Below the pieces are notes generated by a model. It was not told where the DNA came from, did no database searches, and saw only the letters and a list, made by a program, of their open reading frames with translations. A DNA stretch of 63,825 nucleotides, counting the filler, from an uncultured bacterium (lineage in GTDB: Bacteria; Auribacterota; CAZIXI01): NCBI GenBank assembly GCA_964543115.1. It is 3 parts of 3 records of this genome, joined end to end, with 100 filler letters (N's around TTAATTAATTAA, not from the genome) between each part and the next. Parts side by side here need not be neighbours in the genome. Positions count along the whole stretch, not along the records: positions 1 to 23,632 come from CAZIXI010000019.1; 2 more parts are not named here. The stretch is one strand, 5' to 3'. Every line of letters starts with the position of its first letter. Position 1 is the stretch's first letter. Both the position numbers and the translations under genes were made by a program. This document shows, piece by piece, positions 1 to 8,778 of this stretch.

Positions 1-123
1 TGAGGCGATTGTGGGTAACTTCATACTAAAAGTGTCCATAATAGTTTACGCTATCAAGAGAGATAAAAATAGTGACTATTTAGTATTTCTTTAGTACAAT
101 ATGGCGCAAATAAAGGGATAAGG

Positions 124-196
124 GGCGAGATAGCTCAGCAGGTAGAGCAGGGGACTGAAAATCCCTGTGTCGGCGGTTCGATTCCGTCTCTCGCCA
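124..196 (+). tRNA. tRNA-Phe(GAA), CCA not encoded
   Basis: Cloverleaf: acceptor GGCGAGA/TCTCGCC, D-arm GCTC/GAGC, anticodon stem GGGGA/TCCCT with loop CT-GAA-AA, T-loop TTCGATT. Confidence 0.97.
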
Positions 197-206
197 TTTT
201 AATACA

Positions 207-237
207 AAAGGGCCCCGACAAGTCGGGGCCCTTTTTT
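207..237. terminator. Bidirectional intrinsic terminator
   Basis: AAAAGGGCCCCGAC-AA-GTCGGGGCCCTTTTTT perfect stem with A and T tracts, between the convergent tRNA-Phe and opine dehydrogenase genes. Confidence 0.9.
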
Positions 238-254
238 GGTTGGAACGCGAGCCG

Positions 255-1400
255 TTAAAAAATCTTTAGTGCTGCCGGGTCATCTACGTAACGCAGGATC
301 GGGGAAATACCCATCCCCGCCAGACCCAGTTTTTCCAGCGTTAATCCTTCCTGGAAGTAATTGGTGTCGTTATAGACATTGCAGATGTTGATAATACTGT
401 CTATAATCGGGCAGGGAATACCGGCCAACTGCCCGAATTCATGTATCGGTACAAGTCCACTGGCACAGTCTTCGCTGATATAACGTTCCCGGGGACTTTT
501 GGGTGAGTCATTGGGCATCCGGTTATGAATCGGGGTATTGGCGGCAAAATCACGGATATTCTTCATCTGCATGGTATAAAAATCATTCACGATTTCTGTG
601 AATTTCATTAGCCGCAGGCCGTAGGCCTTGCCGATGATCAATCTTTCCCGATCTTCCTGTTCCAGTACCTTACTTACCGAAGGCGAACAGCCTTCGGCAT
701 AGAACTGGATTTTTCCTTTACGCGATTCCATCGGACCCATTCCTAAAACAGCGGTGGCTACGTGCATGATCATATTGGGATTGGACATCCCGCTTTCCAG
801 CACATTTTCCAAAGGAATTATGTTCAGAAAAAGCACATCCTTGAGTACCTCAATGGCCTGGTCAATATGGTTTGCCGGCAGGGCCGCCGCGTGAAAAGCG
901 GTCTTTTTTCCCTCAATGTAGATTCTGCCCGGGCCGATAATCCTGACGGCATGAGGTATAGAAGTTGTTTCCACAAAAGTAATCCTTTTTTCTATTCCGG
1001 CTGTATACATCAATTGCCGGAAAATCAGCGAACCGTAATTGCCGGGTAAAAGGACCATAATTTGTCCGTCCCGCAGATAGGGCATGATCAGCTTAAACAT
1101 TGTTTCCTGGGCAAATTGCGGCACAATCAGGGCGACAATATCCGCGTGGGCCATTGCTTCTTCCGGATCTGTGGTCAGTTTGTGGATCTTACTGAATCCG
1201 GAAAGCATCGCCGGAACCTCTTTAGCTGCTGTTGGCAGTGTTGCCACGGCTTCAATTCCGCCCCGTTCTTTTATTCCTTCCAGGTTCCGGGCAAAGTCCG
1301 GATGTTCGAAAAGAAGCACTTCCCCGCCGTTTTTGGCTATTTCAAAGGCAAGGGCGTGGCCAGCGTTGCCTGCGCCGAGCACTGTTACTTTCTTAGCCAC
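255..1400 (-). CDS. NAD/NADP-dependent octopine/nopaline (opine) dehydrogenase family protein
   Basis: N-terminal Rossmann VLGAGNAG; LLPGNYGS, ETTSIP, NPNMIMH, RYISED motifs typical of the family. Confidence 0.85.
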   Translation of the reverse strand: MAKKVTVLGAGNAGHALAFEIAKNGGEVLLFEHPDFARNLEGIKERGGIEAVATLPTAAKEVPAMLSGFSKIHKLTTDPEEAMAHADIVALIVPQFAQETMFKLIMPYLRDGQIMVLLPGNYGSLIFRQLMYTAGIEKRITFVETTSIPHAVRIIGPGRIYIEGKKTAFHAAALPANHIDQAIEVLKDVLFLNIIPLENVLESGMSNPNMIMHVATAVLGMGPMESRKGKIQFYAEGCSPSVSKVLEQEDRERLIIGKAYGLRLMKFTEIVNDFYTMQMKNIRDFAANTPIHNRMPNDSPKSPRERYISEDCASGLVPIHEFGQLAGIPCPIIDSIINICNVYNDTNYFQEGLTLEKLGLAGMGISPILRYVDDPAALKIF

Positions 1401-1481
1401 GTTAACCCCCTTTGTTACGTTCTTGTCAGTTATTCGAATGTTTCTTCCTAAGCTTTTTCTCCTTCCGTCGTATTCTAATAA

Positions 1482-1497
1482 AGCAATTTATATGCCA
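1482..1497 (-). promoter_or_regulatory. Sigma-54 (-24/-12) promoter of the opine dehydrogenase gene
   Basis: Minus strand TGGCATATAAATTGCT: GG and GC separated by 10 nt, matches TGGCAC-N5-TTGCW; about 80 nt upstream of the GTG start. Confidence 0.7.
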
Positions 1498-1601
1498 AGA
1501 TAGCTGTTTGTATAAAACATTTATGGAGAATGCCTTACTGATGTGGAGAAAATAATCTTGTGGTTAAATTCTAGACACGGAGTGTATTTTGTCTATTTTT
1601 A

Positions 1602-4600
1602 CTACACTTCTTTAATTGACTTAATATTGGTGTGTAAGGTCACAACCTGATAGTTGGATTGGTCGGTAGCCAAGAGGATTTCCCTGATTAATTGATGAAC
1701 TTCTTCAAGCAAGGTAAGGGTCTCAGCCGGCTTTTGACTGGCTGAAAAGATATTGATGGCCATAGTGGTAAAGAGTCCGGTAAGCAGCATGTCCATTTGT
1801 TCTTTGTTGAACCAAAGAATACTGTCATGTTTATTAAAACCCAGATATTGTTGGACACATGGGTCGTGTAACAGAGCGCTAAAAGCCTGCAGAGACTTTT
1901 TCTTTTGCTGGGGGTGATACCAAGAGTGATACCCGCTGAGAATCTTAATAAGTCTGGCTGTTTTTGCTGCCTGCTCAGGGGAAGAGCCGAGTAGAGCTAA
2001 TGTGTGACTGTATACTTTTTCCAGTAATATATCATCAAATAACTGCATAGTTTCCTGGCCGTAGTTCTCTTTTTGTTTAAATATACCTAATGGTTGACTA
2101 ATTAACCAGAGACAGGAAATAATCCAATTATTATTATCTTTATTAACGTGTTGGGTGAGCCAGGAGAGTGCCGGAGAATTTAATTCATTATCCAGATAAT
2201 CTTTAAGCTGATTAAGCCCTGATAATTTGCTAATGGCACAATCAATAACGAGTTTTGTTTTGTCCGGAAAATTAAGCAAACGTGCCAGATCGTTGACTAT
2301 CGGAGTATATTTTTCTTCTAGCAGGTTAACCGTCCAGTTTGTTTGTTTAATCAATGCTTGTAGTTTCTTGTGGACAGGGGCCAGGATAAATTCTTTACGC
2401 AGAATTTCGATATCAGTTACTCCCTGTCCCTGCAGCCGTTCGGCAAGCTGGCGGTATTGTCCGTCGGCCGTGTCTTTTACCTCCCGGAAATCCGCGAATA
2501 CGTGAAACTGATAGGCTTCGAGAGTAACGTAAATCCCCTGGTCAGCCAGTTTCCGGCCCGAACGGATATATTCCAGATTGGTTTTATAGTCGCGGAAGAT
2601 ATAATAAATATTGAAGCCAGAATTAATGGCCAATCCTTCGGCAAGGGATTTCTGCACTAGTTTACGTTTGCCCGCTGTTTCTGTTGGAACGGAGATCGAA
2701 GTGGAAGTGCGCACCCAACCGGTGGTAGAGGCGAATTTGTTGTGATAAATCACCAGTGCCCGCTCATTGGCGCAGCGATTGGAATAGGCAAACACATCTT
2801 CATTCACTGAACCGTTATCCACGAAGAAATCGTAGAAAACAAAATTGGTTACTTCACTGAACAGGTGGCGTTTACGCATCAGCGGGAATATTTCCGCTTC
2901 ATGCCGACGTACCAGCTGTTCGTCAACCTGTTCCTGCCAATAGGCCCGGCGGTATTCCATGCCGTATTTTTCCGTAAATCCTTCAATCTGACCGTGGCCG
3001 AACATCGGCAATCCCGGCAGGGTAACCAGCAGCAGGCAAACCCCGAAATATTTATCACCACTGCCAAACTGGGCAATAGCGGTTTCTTCATCGGGATTAT
3101 TCATAAAATTAACAAACCGGCGAAGAATTTCCGGATCAAATTCCAGGACATTTTTAATAACACTGCGGTATTTCTGGTTATCCTCCATTTTCAACATGTT
3201 CATAAAGGCGCTGTTATATACCCGGTGCATGCCCAGGGTGCGGACAAAGTAACCTTCCATCAGCCAAAAGGCCTCGGCCAGTAATAAGGTATCGGGAACC
3301 TCCTGCTTAATTCGGTCTACCACCTCGCGCCAGAATTCCTTTGGCATTAATTGATCGAAATCCTCCTTTAGCATACCGCGTTCGGCGCGGGAGGGGATTC
3401 CGCCGCCTGTTCCTGGATGGGGAAACCAGAGTCGTTGATAATGGCGTTTGGCCAGGGTCATGGCCGCGTCCAGCCGGATAATTGGAAAACGGCGGGCGAC
3501 ATCCACGATAAGCTTAATTACCGCTTCGCGTACATCTGCCCGGAGGAAATTCAACTGGGCAGTATCGTTCCAGGGCATATGCGTACCGTCATTACCATGG
3601 TAGATATAACGGGTATCACCTGTCCAGGTATCGTATCGTTTAAACACAACACCGGCATCGCGTTTGGTCCAGTAACCGTCTTCAAGATAAACTCCGACCC
3701 GTTGGTCAGGTGAAAGGTCAGGACCGTTGAAACTATAGTTAGGGAACGGCGAATATTTTTCCTGAATGAACCAGTCCGGATGTTCAACCATCCATTTAGA
3801 GAAAATCCCCATATGATTCGGAACCACATCTGTCGCCAGTATAATTCCCCGTTTACTTGAGCGCCGTTTCAGCTCCTGAAAAGCGCTCTCGCCGCCCAGG
3901 TCATTACTGATAGTATAGTCATAGAGGGAATAGGCGGAGGCCAGGGCCTCGGGATTACCGCAATTCTGTTTTATGGTTGTGGAAGCCGAGCTTCTTTCCC
4001 AGATACCAATCAACCAAAGACCGGTAAAACCCCAGCGGGCGAGTAGGTCCAATTCTTCATCGGGAATTTCGTTAATTTTGGTAATTGACCGTTGGTATTT
4101 TCTCGAAAGCTGGTCCAGCCAAACATAGGTGGATTTAGCGATTAACACTACCTTACTCATCCAGTTTCTGTCCCGGGTAAAATTTTCTTCTTCCGGATAA
4201 TCAACGCTGCCCAGCCGCCGAAACACCGGTACCTGTGCCGGTCCCGGACCAAAAAGGCGCAATTGTTCTTCTTCCCGGAGTACGTCAGTAACCACCAGCA
4301 GATTGCGCAGCAGTTCTTCCGGCAACAAATCACCCCAATGTTCCCGGATATATTCCAGTTGTTTAATTACCGAATAGGGAAAGGCCTTAATTGGTTCCCA
4401 AAGAAGTGTTATCAATGGTTGGTTCTTAGGGCCAAAACCCGGTTGGGTGGCGAAAAATGTTTCCAATGACCTGAAGGTATCCAGGTAACTGCACTTCCGT
4501 TTCAGGGCTCCGTCGCAAAACAGTTCCGCGGCCGGGGCAAAGGCAGGATTATGATTGGTCAGGAAAAGCAGGATTATTTCCTTGGCAATAATCTGTTGGT

Positions 4601-5066
4601 TGGGAATATGTTGACTGGTACCTTTAAGGAATTTAGCAGCGGACTGCTGCCGGCGTTGAATAAGATAAGGAGGAAAATAATCAATGAAACTCCTAATTGT
4701 TTCCGTTAATTTATCCGCAGAAATCTTCTTGGCCACCCAGGAGAGACCCTGCTGAAAGGCTGATGGGTTTTTACTCTGACAATATGAATAGATAATGTAA
4801 CGGAAGATTTCAGTAATCAGGCCAACGGCGTTTAGATAACCGGCGCGCAGCGGCTGATAAGCATGCGGCCGCGGGGATTCATGTTTATTTATCCTTTGGA
4901 TTAACAGGCGTACCAGCCGGTAATCCGGTAATTTGATCTTATCCTGCTCAGGAAATATTCCTTGAGCCAGCTTATAATCGTCCCAGTTTTGTCTGGAAAG
5001 CTGGAACTCTAAGGGGAAATAACGCTGGATAATATCTAACCCGGGCTTGGTTTTATTTGTTTTCAT
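1602..5066 (-). CDS. GH13 alpha-amylase family glycoside hydrolase with long N- and C-terminal extensions
   Basis: GH13 regions DVVPNH, RLDAAM (nucleophile), AEAFW (acid/base), NNPDEE; SAYSLYDY. Confidence 0.85.
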   Translation of the reverse strand: MKTNKTKPGLDIIQRYFPLEFQLSRQNWDDYKLAQGIFPEQDKIKLPDYRLVRLLIQRINKHESPRPHAYQPLRAGYLNAVGLITEIFRYIIYSYCQSKNPSAFQQGLSWVAKKISADKLTETIRSFIDYFPPYLIQRRQQSAAKFLKGTSQHIPNQQIIAKEIILLFLTNHNPAFAPAAELFCDGALKRKCSYLDTFRSLETFFATQPGFGPKNQPLITLLWEPIKAFPYSVIKQLEYIREHWGDLLPEELLRNLLVVTDVLREEEQLRLFGPGPAQVPVFRRLGSVDYPEEENFTRDRNWMSKVVLIAKSTYVWLDQLSRKYQRSITKINEIPDEELDLLARWGFTGLWLIGIWERSSASTTIKQNCGNPEALASAYSLYDYTISNDLGGESAFQELKRRSSKRGIILATDVVPNHMGIFSKWMVEHPDWFIQEKYSPFPNYSFNGPDLSPDQRVGVYLEDGYWTKRDAGVVFKRYDTWTGDTRYIYHGNDGTHMPWNDTAQLNFLRADVREAVIKLIVDVARRFPIIRLDAAMTLAKRHYQRLWFPHPGTGGGIPSRAERGMLKEDFDQLMPKEFWREVVDRIKQEVPDTLLLAEAFWLMEGYFVRTLGMHRVYNSAFMNMLKMEDNQKYRSVIKNVLEFDPEILRRFVNFMNNPDEETAIAQFGSGDKYFGVCLLLVTLPGLPMFGHGQIEGFTEKYGMEYRRAYWQEQVDEQLVRRHEAEIFPLMRKRHLFSEVTNFVFYDFFVDNGSVNEDVFAYSNRCANERALVIYHNKFASTTGWVRTSTSISVPTETAGKRKLVQKSLAEGLAINSGFNIYYIFRDYKTNLEYIRSGRKLADQGIYVTLEAYQFHVFADFREVKDTADGQYRQLAERLQGQGVTDIEILRKEFILAPVHKKLQALIKQTNWTVNLLEEKYTPIVNDLARLLNFPDKTKLVIDCAISKLSGLNQLKDYLDNELNSPALSWLTQHVNKDNNNWIISCLWLISQPLGIFKQKENYGQETMQLFDDILLEKVYSHTLALLGSSPEQAAKTARLIKILSGYHSWYHPQQKKKSLQAFSALLHDPCVQQYLGFNKHDSILWFNKEQMDMLLTGLFTTMAINIFSASQKPAETLTLLEEVHQLIREILLATDQSNYQVVTLHTNIKSIKEV

Positions 5067-5110
5067 AGAAATTTGTGGCGTATAACTATTAAATTTTAGA
5101 GAACAATTTT

Positions 5111-5205
5111 AAAACCACGGAGAACACAGAGAACACGGAGTAAAATTCTTTAAATTAAGATTAAAAAAATAGTTCTTAGTGAACTCTGTGTGCTCCGTGG
5201 TTAAA
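5111..5205. repeat. Palindromic REP-like element (CACGGAG/CACAGAG type)
   Basis: ACCACGGAGAACACAGAGAACACGGAG ... CTCTGTGTGCTCCGTGGT inverted arms around an AT-rich spacer. Confidence 0.8.
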
Positions 5206-5330
5206 TAATATGTTCGGAAATTTAGTGTTTACTGATTCGGCCGGAGGCCGTCGCTATCCTTTAGGATAGCACTAAACCCTATACTATAGCAATTAATGGA
5301 GAGAACACCAAGAGAAAACCTTTTTGAAGG

Positions 5331-6254
5331 TCAACTGTTTCTTACATAAGCACTTCCCTGAGAATAGCCTTTTTGTTCCAGGCTTAGTTCCAGGTCTTTA
5401 TCAGTGGCGTGCCGTTGGGCCAGCCAGCCGGGAGCAATCAGCAGCTCTCTGGGGCAGGTAGCGCTCACCCGCTGGATGATGGTTTGCGGCCATAGTTGGG
5501 CAATAAACTCCGCCAGTAAGTCAAGATAAGCTTCATAAGTTAAGGGCTGATATTTTTCTTCTTGGAAAAGCTGCTCCAGTGGTGTTCCCCGGATGATATG
5601 CAGGGGATGGATCTTAACACTGTCAATTTTCAGGCGGGCCAGTTCCCGCGCCGTGCCCAGGGTAATTTCCCGCGATTCTCCCGGCAAGCCGAGAATTATG
5701 TGGGTGCAGATCTTGAGTTTATACTTACGGGTTAATTTAACTGCCGCTAAAAAATCCTCATAGGAATGTCCACGGTTAATGCTTTTTAATGTTTGATTGT
5801 GACTGCTCTGTAGGCCGTATTCCAGCCAGACTTCATAACGGTCACCATAATTGCTGATTAGTTTCAGGATGTCTTCACTGATACAATCCGGCCGCGTGCC
5901 AATAGCTAATCCTACGATATCGTTATAGTGCGTAATAATATCGTATTTTTTCTTTAATTCTGTTACTGGTGCGTGGGTATTGGTATAGGCCTGGAAATAA
6001 AGGATGAATTTTTTGGCCTTGAATCTCCGGCGGGCAGCAGCCATCCCCGATTCTATTTGTTCCGTTAGTGCCGGCCGGGACGATTGTCGGCTGTGAAAAC
6101 TAAAGGCCTCATTATTACAATAGATACAACCATCTTGGCTGATCGTTCCGTCCCGGTTTGGACAGGAGAATCCGGCATCCACGCCTATTTTGTGAACGCG
6201 CACCCCATATTTCTCTTTAAGGTAAGTGGATAGTTTTCTATATCGTTCTGTCAT
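5331..6254 (-). CDS. Radical SAM protein, TIGR01212/YhcC family
   Basis: DAGFSCPNRDG...GCIYC motif, YFQAYTNT, GTRPDC, GLQS. Confidence 0.9.
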   Translation of the reverse strand: MTERYRKLSTYLKEKYGVRVHKIGVDAGFSCPNRDGTISQDGCIYCNNEAFSFHSRQSSRPALTEQIESGMAAARRRFKAKKFILYFQAYTNTHAPVTELKKKYDIITHYNDIVGLAIGTRPDCISEDILKLISNYGDRYEVWLEYGLQSSHNQTLKSINRGHSYEDFLAAVKLTRKYKLKICTHIILGLPGESREITLGTARELARLKIDSVKIHPLHIIRGTPLEQLFQEEKYQPLTYEAYLDLLAEFIAQLWPQTIIQRVSATCPRELLIAPGWLAQRHATDKDLELSLEQKGYSQGSAYVRNS

Positions 6255-6261
6255 AATTTAT

Positions 6262-6323
6262 TAGTCGCTAGTCGCTAGTCGCTAGTCGCTAGTTGCTAGT
6301 CGCTATTTTCTACTCTCTACTCT
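6262..6323. repeat. Heptamer tandem repeats (TAGTCGC)x6 then (CTACTCT)x2
   Basis: Units at 6262, 6269, 6276, 6283, 6290 (TAGTTGC), 6297, then 6310 and 6317. Confidence 0.9.
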
Positions 6324-6332
6324 ATAGAATAT

Positions 6333-6794
6333 ATGATATACTACCCGGAAAATCAAGAGGAGGTTGTTATTCAGGTTAAAGGACATACAATCGTCAGTCT
6401 TGCTCTGGCGGGCATGATCTATTACTTTTTCCATTCATTAGCTGCTTCCGCGGCCTGTATCATTAGTGGTGTATTTATTGATGCGGACCATTTTATTGAT
6501 TATTGGCTGCATCGGGGATTTAATTTCGATATCAAGGGTCTATTTCGCTGGAGTGAAAATATGGAATGGCGGTTCCTGGTGCTTATTGGTCACAGTATAG
6601 AGTTTGTTCTTATTTTGTGGCTGGTAGTTCTTTATTTTCATTTGGGCCCTGTCTGGATCGGTTTGGTTACCGGTTATAGCGGGCATTTGGTTTTGGATAT
6701 GTTATTTAATCGCGGAGTGTATGTGTATACATATTTTCTTACCTATCGCCTGCGACATGGATTACGCCGGCAATACCTGCGCCGTCAGGAATGA
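6333..6794 (+). CDS. Membrane-bound metal-dependent hydrolase-like protein (YdjM/DUF457-like); start uncertain
   Basis: GHxxxS, DADH, GHS and GHLVLD His/Asp motifs in hydrophobic segments. Confidence 0.6.
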   Translation: MIYYPENQEEVVIQVKGHTIVSLALAGMIYYFFHSLAASAACIISGVFIDADHFIDYWLHRGFNFDIKGLFRWSENMEWRFLVLIGHSIEFVLILWLVVLYFHLGPVWIGLVTGYSGHLVLDMLFNRGVYVYTYFLTYRLRHGLRRQYLRRQE

Positions 6795-6866
6795 TAAGAG
6801 AATATTTTTTCGCTAAGCTGTTTACTTCTATTTTATTTATTGTTATTATAATATTGTATGTTCCGT

Positions 6867-6939
6867 GCCGGTGTAGCTCAGTTGGTAGAGCAGGGCTTTC
6901 GTAAAGCTCAGGCCGGGGGTTCGAATCCCTTCACCGGCT
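6867..6939 (+). tRNA. tRNA-Thr(CGT), CCA not encoded
   Basis: Acceptor GCCGGTG/CACCGGC, anticodon stem GGGCT/AGCTC with loop TT-CGT-AA, T-loop TTCGAAT. Confidence 0.96.
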
Positions 6940-7196
6940 TTTTTGATAATGGAATTTGAAAAATTCCGTTATCGCCCCGAAGAACTCGTAGGACGATGCG
7001 GGGAGAGGTAGCCCAAAATTTGCGCACCGTTTTTCACTATCTGTCAAGGGGAGGGCCCAATGCTTAAAGGTGGATTTTGGGCTTGAAATATATTGATTTT
7101 AATTATATATTTAATACTTAATATATAATAATAAATGTAATTTCCCGGTTCGCGTCTCCATAAATGACGCGAATTTTCATTTAAGAGGGAGGTACT

Positions 7197-7406
7197 ATGA
7201 TTATTGAGTTAGGAATAGTTTCCGGAAAGATCTGGCAGTATCTGGAAAAAAATCATCAGGTTGCCTTATCAAAATTAATAGCTGATATTGCCGGAGATGA
7301 GAAACTGGTGTTGATGGGATTGGGCTGGATGGCTCGGGAAGGACACGCGGTTTTAGAAAAAGAAAACGGCGAGTATAAGGTTTCCTTAAGAGAGCAGAAA
7401 AGTTGA
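7197..7406 (+). CDS. Small winged-helix protein (DUF2582-like)
   Basis: G..SGKIWQYL...LMGLGWMAREG pattern; GGAGG RBS. Confidence 0.75.
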   Translation: MIIELGIVSGKIWQYLEKNHQVALSKLIADIAGDEKLVLMGLGWMAREGHAVLEKENGEYKVSLREQKS

Positions 7407-7419
7407 GGAGGGAAATAAA

Positions 7420-7881
7420 GTGGCTTTAACCGAATTGATGAATGTACGATTAATAAAATTAAATCTTGAGGCGCAGACCAAGATAGAAGTACTTTCTGAG
7501 ATGGTGGACCTGCTGGCCAGTGCCGATGATATTAATGATAAAGATAGTTTTTTGGATTCAGTGGTGGAACGGGAAGGAATGGGTTCTACCGGTATTGGTA
7601 AGGGTGTAGCCATTCCCCATGGCCGGGGGGAAGTGGCCAAAAAATTAGTTATTGCCTTCGGGCGCTCCAAGGGGGGTGTGGATTACGATGCCCTTGACCG
7701 GGAACCGGTACATCTGTTTTTCATGTTAGCGGCGCCCAAACAGGACGTTGGTGCTTATCTTAAGGCCCTGGCCGAGCTTTCGCGGCTTTTAAAAGAAGAT
7801 GAATTCCGCATGGCCTTAATGGATGCTGAATCCGCCCAGAAGGTAATCAATATTATTGATAGTTACGAGAAGAAACCCTAA
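7420..7881 (+). CDS. PTS EIIA (fructose/Ntr-type, PtsN-like) protein
   Basis: EREGMGSTGIGKGVAIPHG phospho-His motif; GVDYDALDREPVHLFF. Confidence 0.88.
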   Translation: MALTELMNVRLIKLNLEAQTKIEVLSEMVDLLASADDINDKDSFLDSVVEREGMGSTGIGKGVAIPHGRGEVAKKLVIAFGRSKGGVDYDALDREPVHLFFMLAAPKQDVGAYLKALAELSRLLKEDEFRMALMDAESAQKVINIIDSYEKKP

Positions 7882-7935
7882 AAGCCGACGAGAAACGGCT
7901 TTTATGGTCCCAAGTGTAATGAGGGAGAAACTTTC

Positions 7936-8445
7936 GTGATTTACCTGCTTGACAGTAGAGTAAAAAAGTGGTTTTCTCACTATTTTGTTCAGTGTCTGCT
8001 TGCCGGGATTACAATCGCAATTATTCTCACCTTCCTGAATCTCATCACCGAAGCGGTAATTGTTGCCGCTTTGGGCGCCAGTACCTTCATTGTTTTTGCT
8101 ATGCCCGGCAAGGTAATTGCCCGTCCGCGAAATTTGATTGGCGGCCATTTTATCGGTGTAATTTGCGGCAGTCTGAGTTTTTTTTGGCTGCGGGCAAAAT
8201 ACGGTGATTATGCCCTGGCCAGCGATAGCTTTTTTTATATTTTTCTTGTTGCCTTGACCGTTACCCTTTCAATTTTTTTTATGTGTATTACCAATATGGA
8301 ACATCCGCCGGCCAGCAGTACGGCCCTGGGTCTGATAGTGCATGGCTGTCAATGGAGAACAGTAGTGTTTATTCTCTTAAGCGTAAGCTTGCTGGCTGTG
8401 GCTAAACACCTGTTAAGAAATTATCTTAAGGATCTTATAGAATAA
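7936..8445 (+). CDS. HPP family membrane protein
   Basis: Several TM segments, PRNLIGGH and EHPPAS motifs. Confidence 0.85.
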   Translation: MIYLLDSRVKKWFSHYFVQCLLAGITIAIILTFLNLITEAVIVAALGASTFIVFAMPGKVIARPRNLIGGHFIGVICGSLSFFWLRAKYGDYALASDSFFYIFLVALTVTLSIFFMCITNMEHPPASSTALGLIVHGCQWRTVVFILLSVSLLAVAKHLLRNYLKDLIE

Positions 8446-8469
8446 TTATAGAATAATAGAGGAATATAT

Positions 8470-8778
8470 ATGAAAGAAATTGTTCAAAAGATTGTCGAAG
8501 AGGAAAACAAGGCCCGTATGCGTATTGCCGAGGCGCGGCTGCAGGCCAAGCGATTTGCCATTGACGCGGAGGCGGAAGCGAAGAAGATAATGAATGCTAA
8601 TCGTCAGCAGGTGCGCCAGGAGACGCAAGCGCTTTTCAAGCAGACGCAGGCTGAGGCTGAGGCCAGGAAAAAAGTCCTGGTGCAGGAGGTCGTGGATCGG
8701 TGTTCCAGGTTAGTAGAGCAAAAACAACGAGAAATTGCTCAGGCGATAACAAAATCCTGGCAGGTGGTTAGTGGATGA
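8470..8778 (+). CDS. V/A-type ATPase peripheral stalk subunit G/H
   Basis: Short charged coiled coil (EEENKA...AEAR) at the head of the operon. Confidence 0.65.
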   Translation: MKEIVQKIVEEENKARMRIAEARLQAKRFAIDAEAEAKKIMNANRQQVRQETQALFKQTQAEAEARKKVLVQEVVDRCSRLVEQKQREIAQAITKSWQVVSG

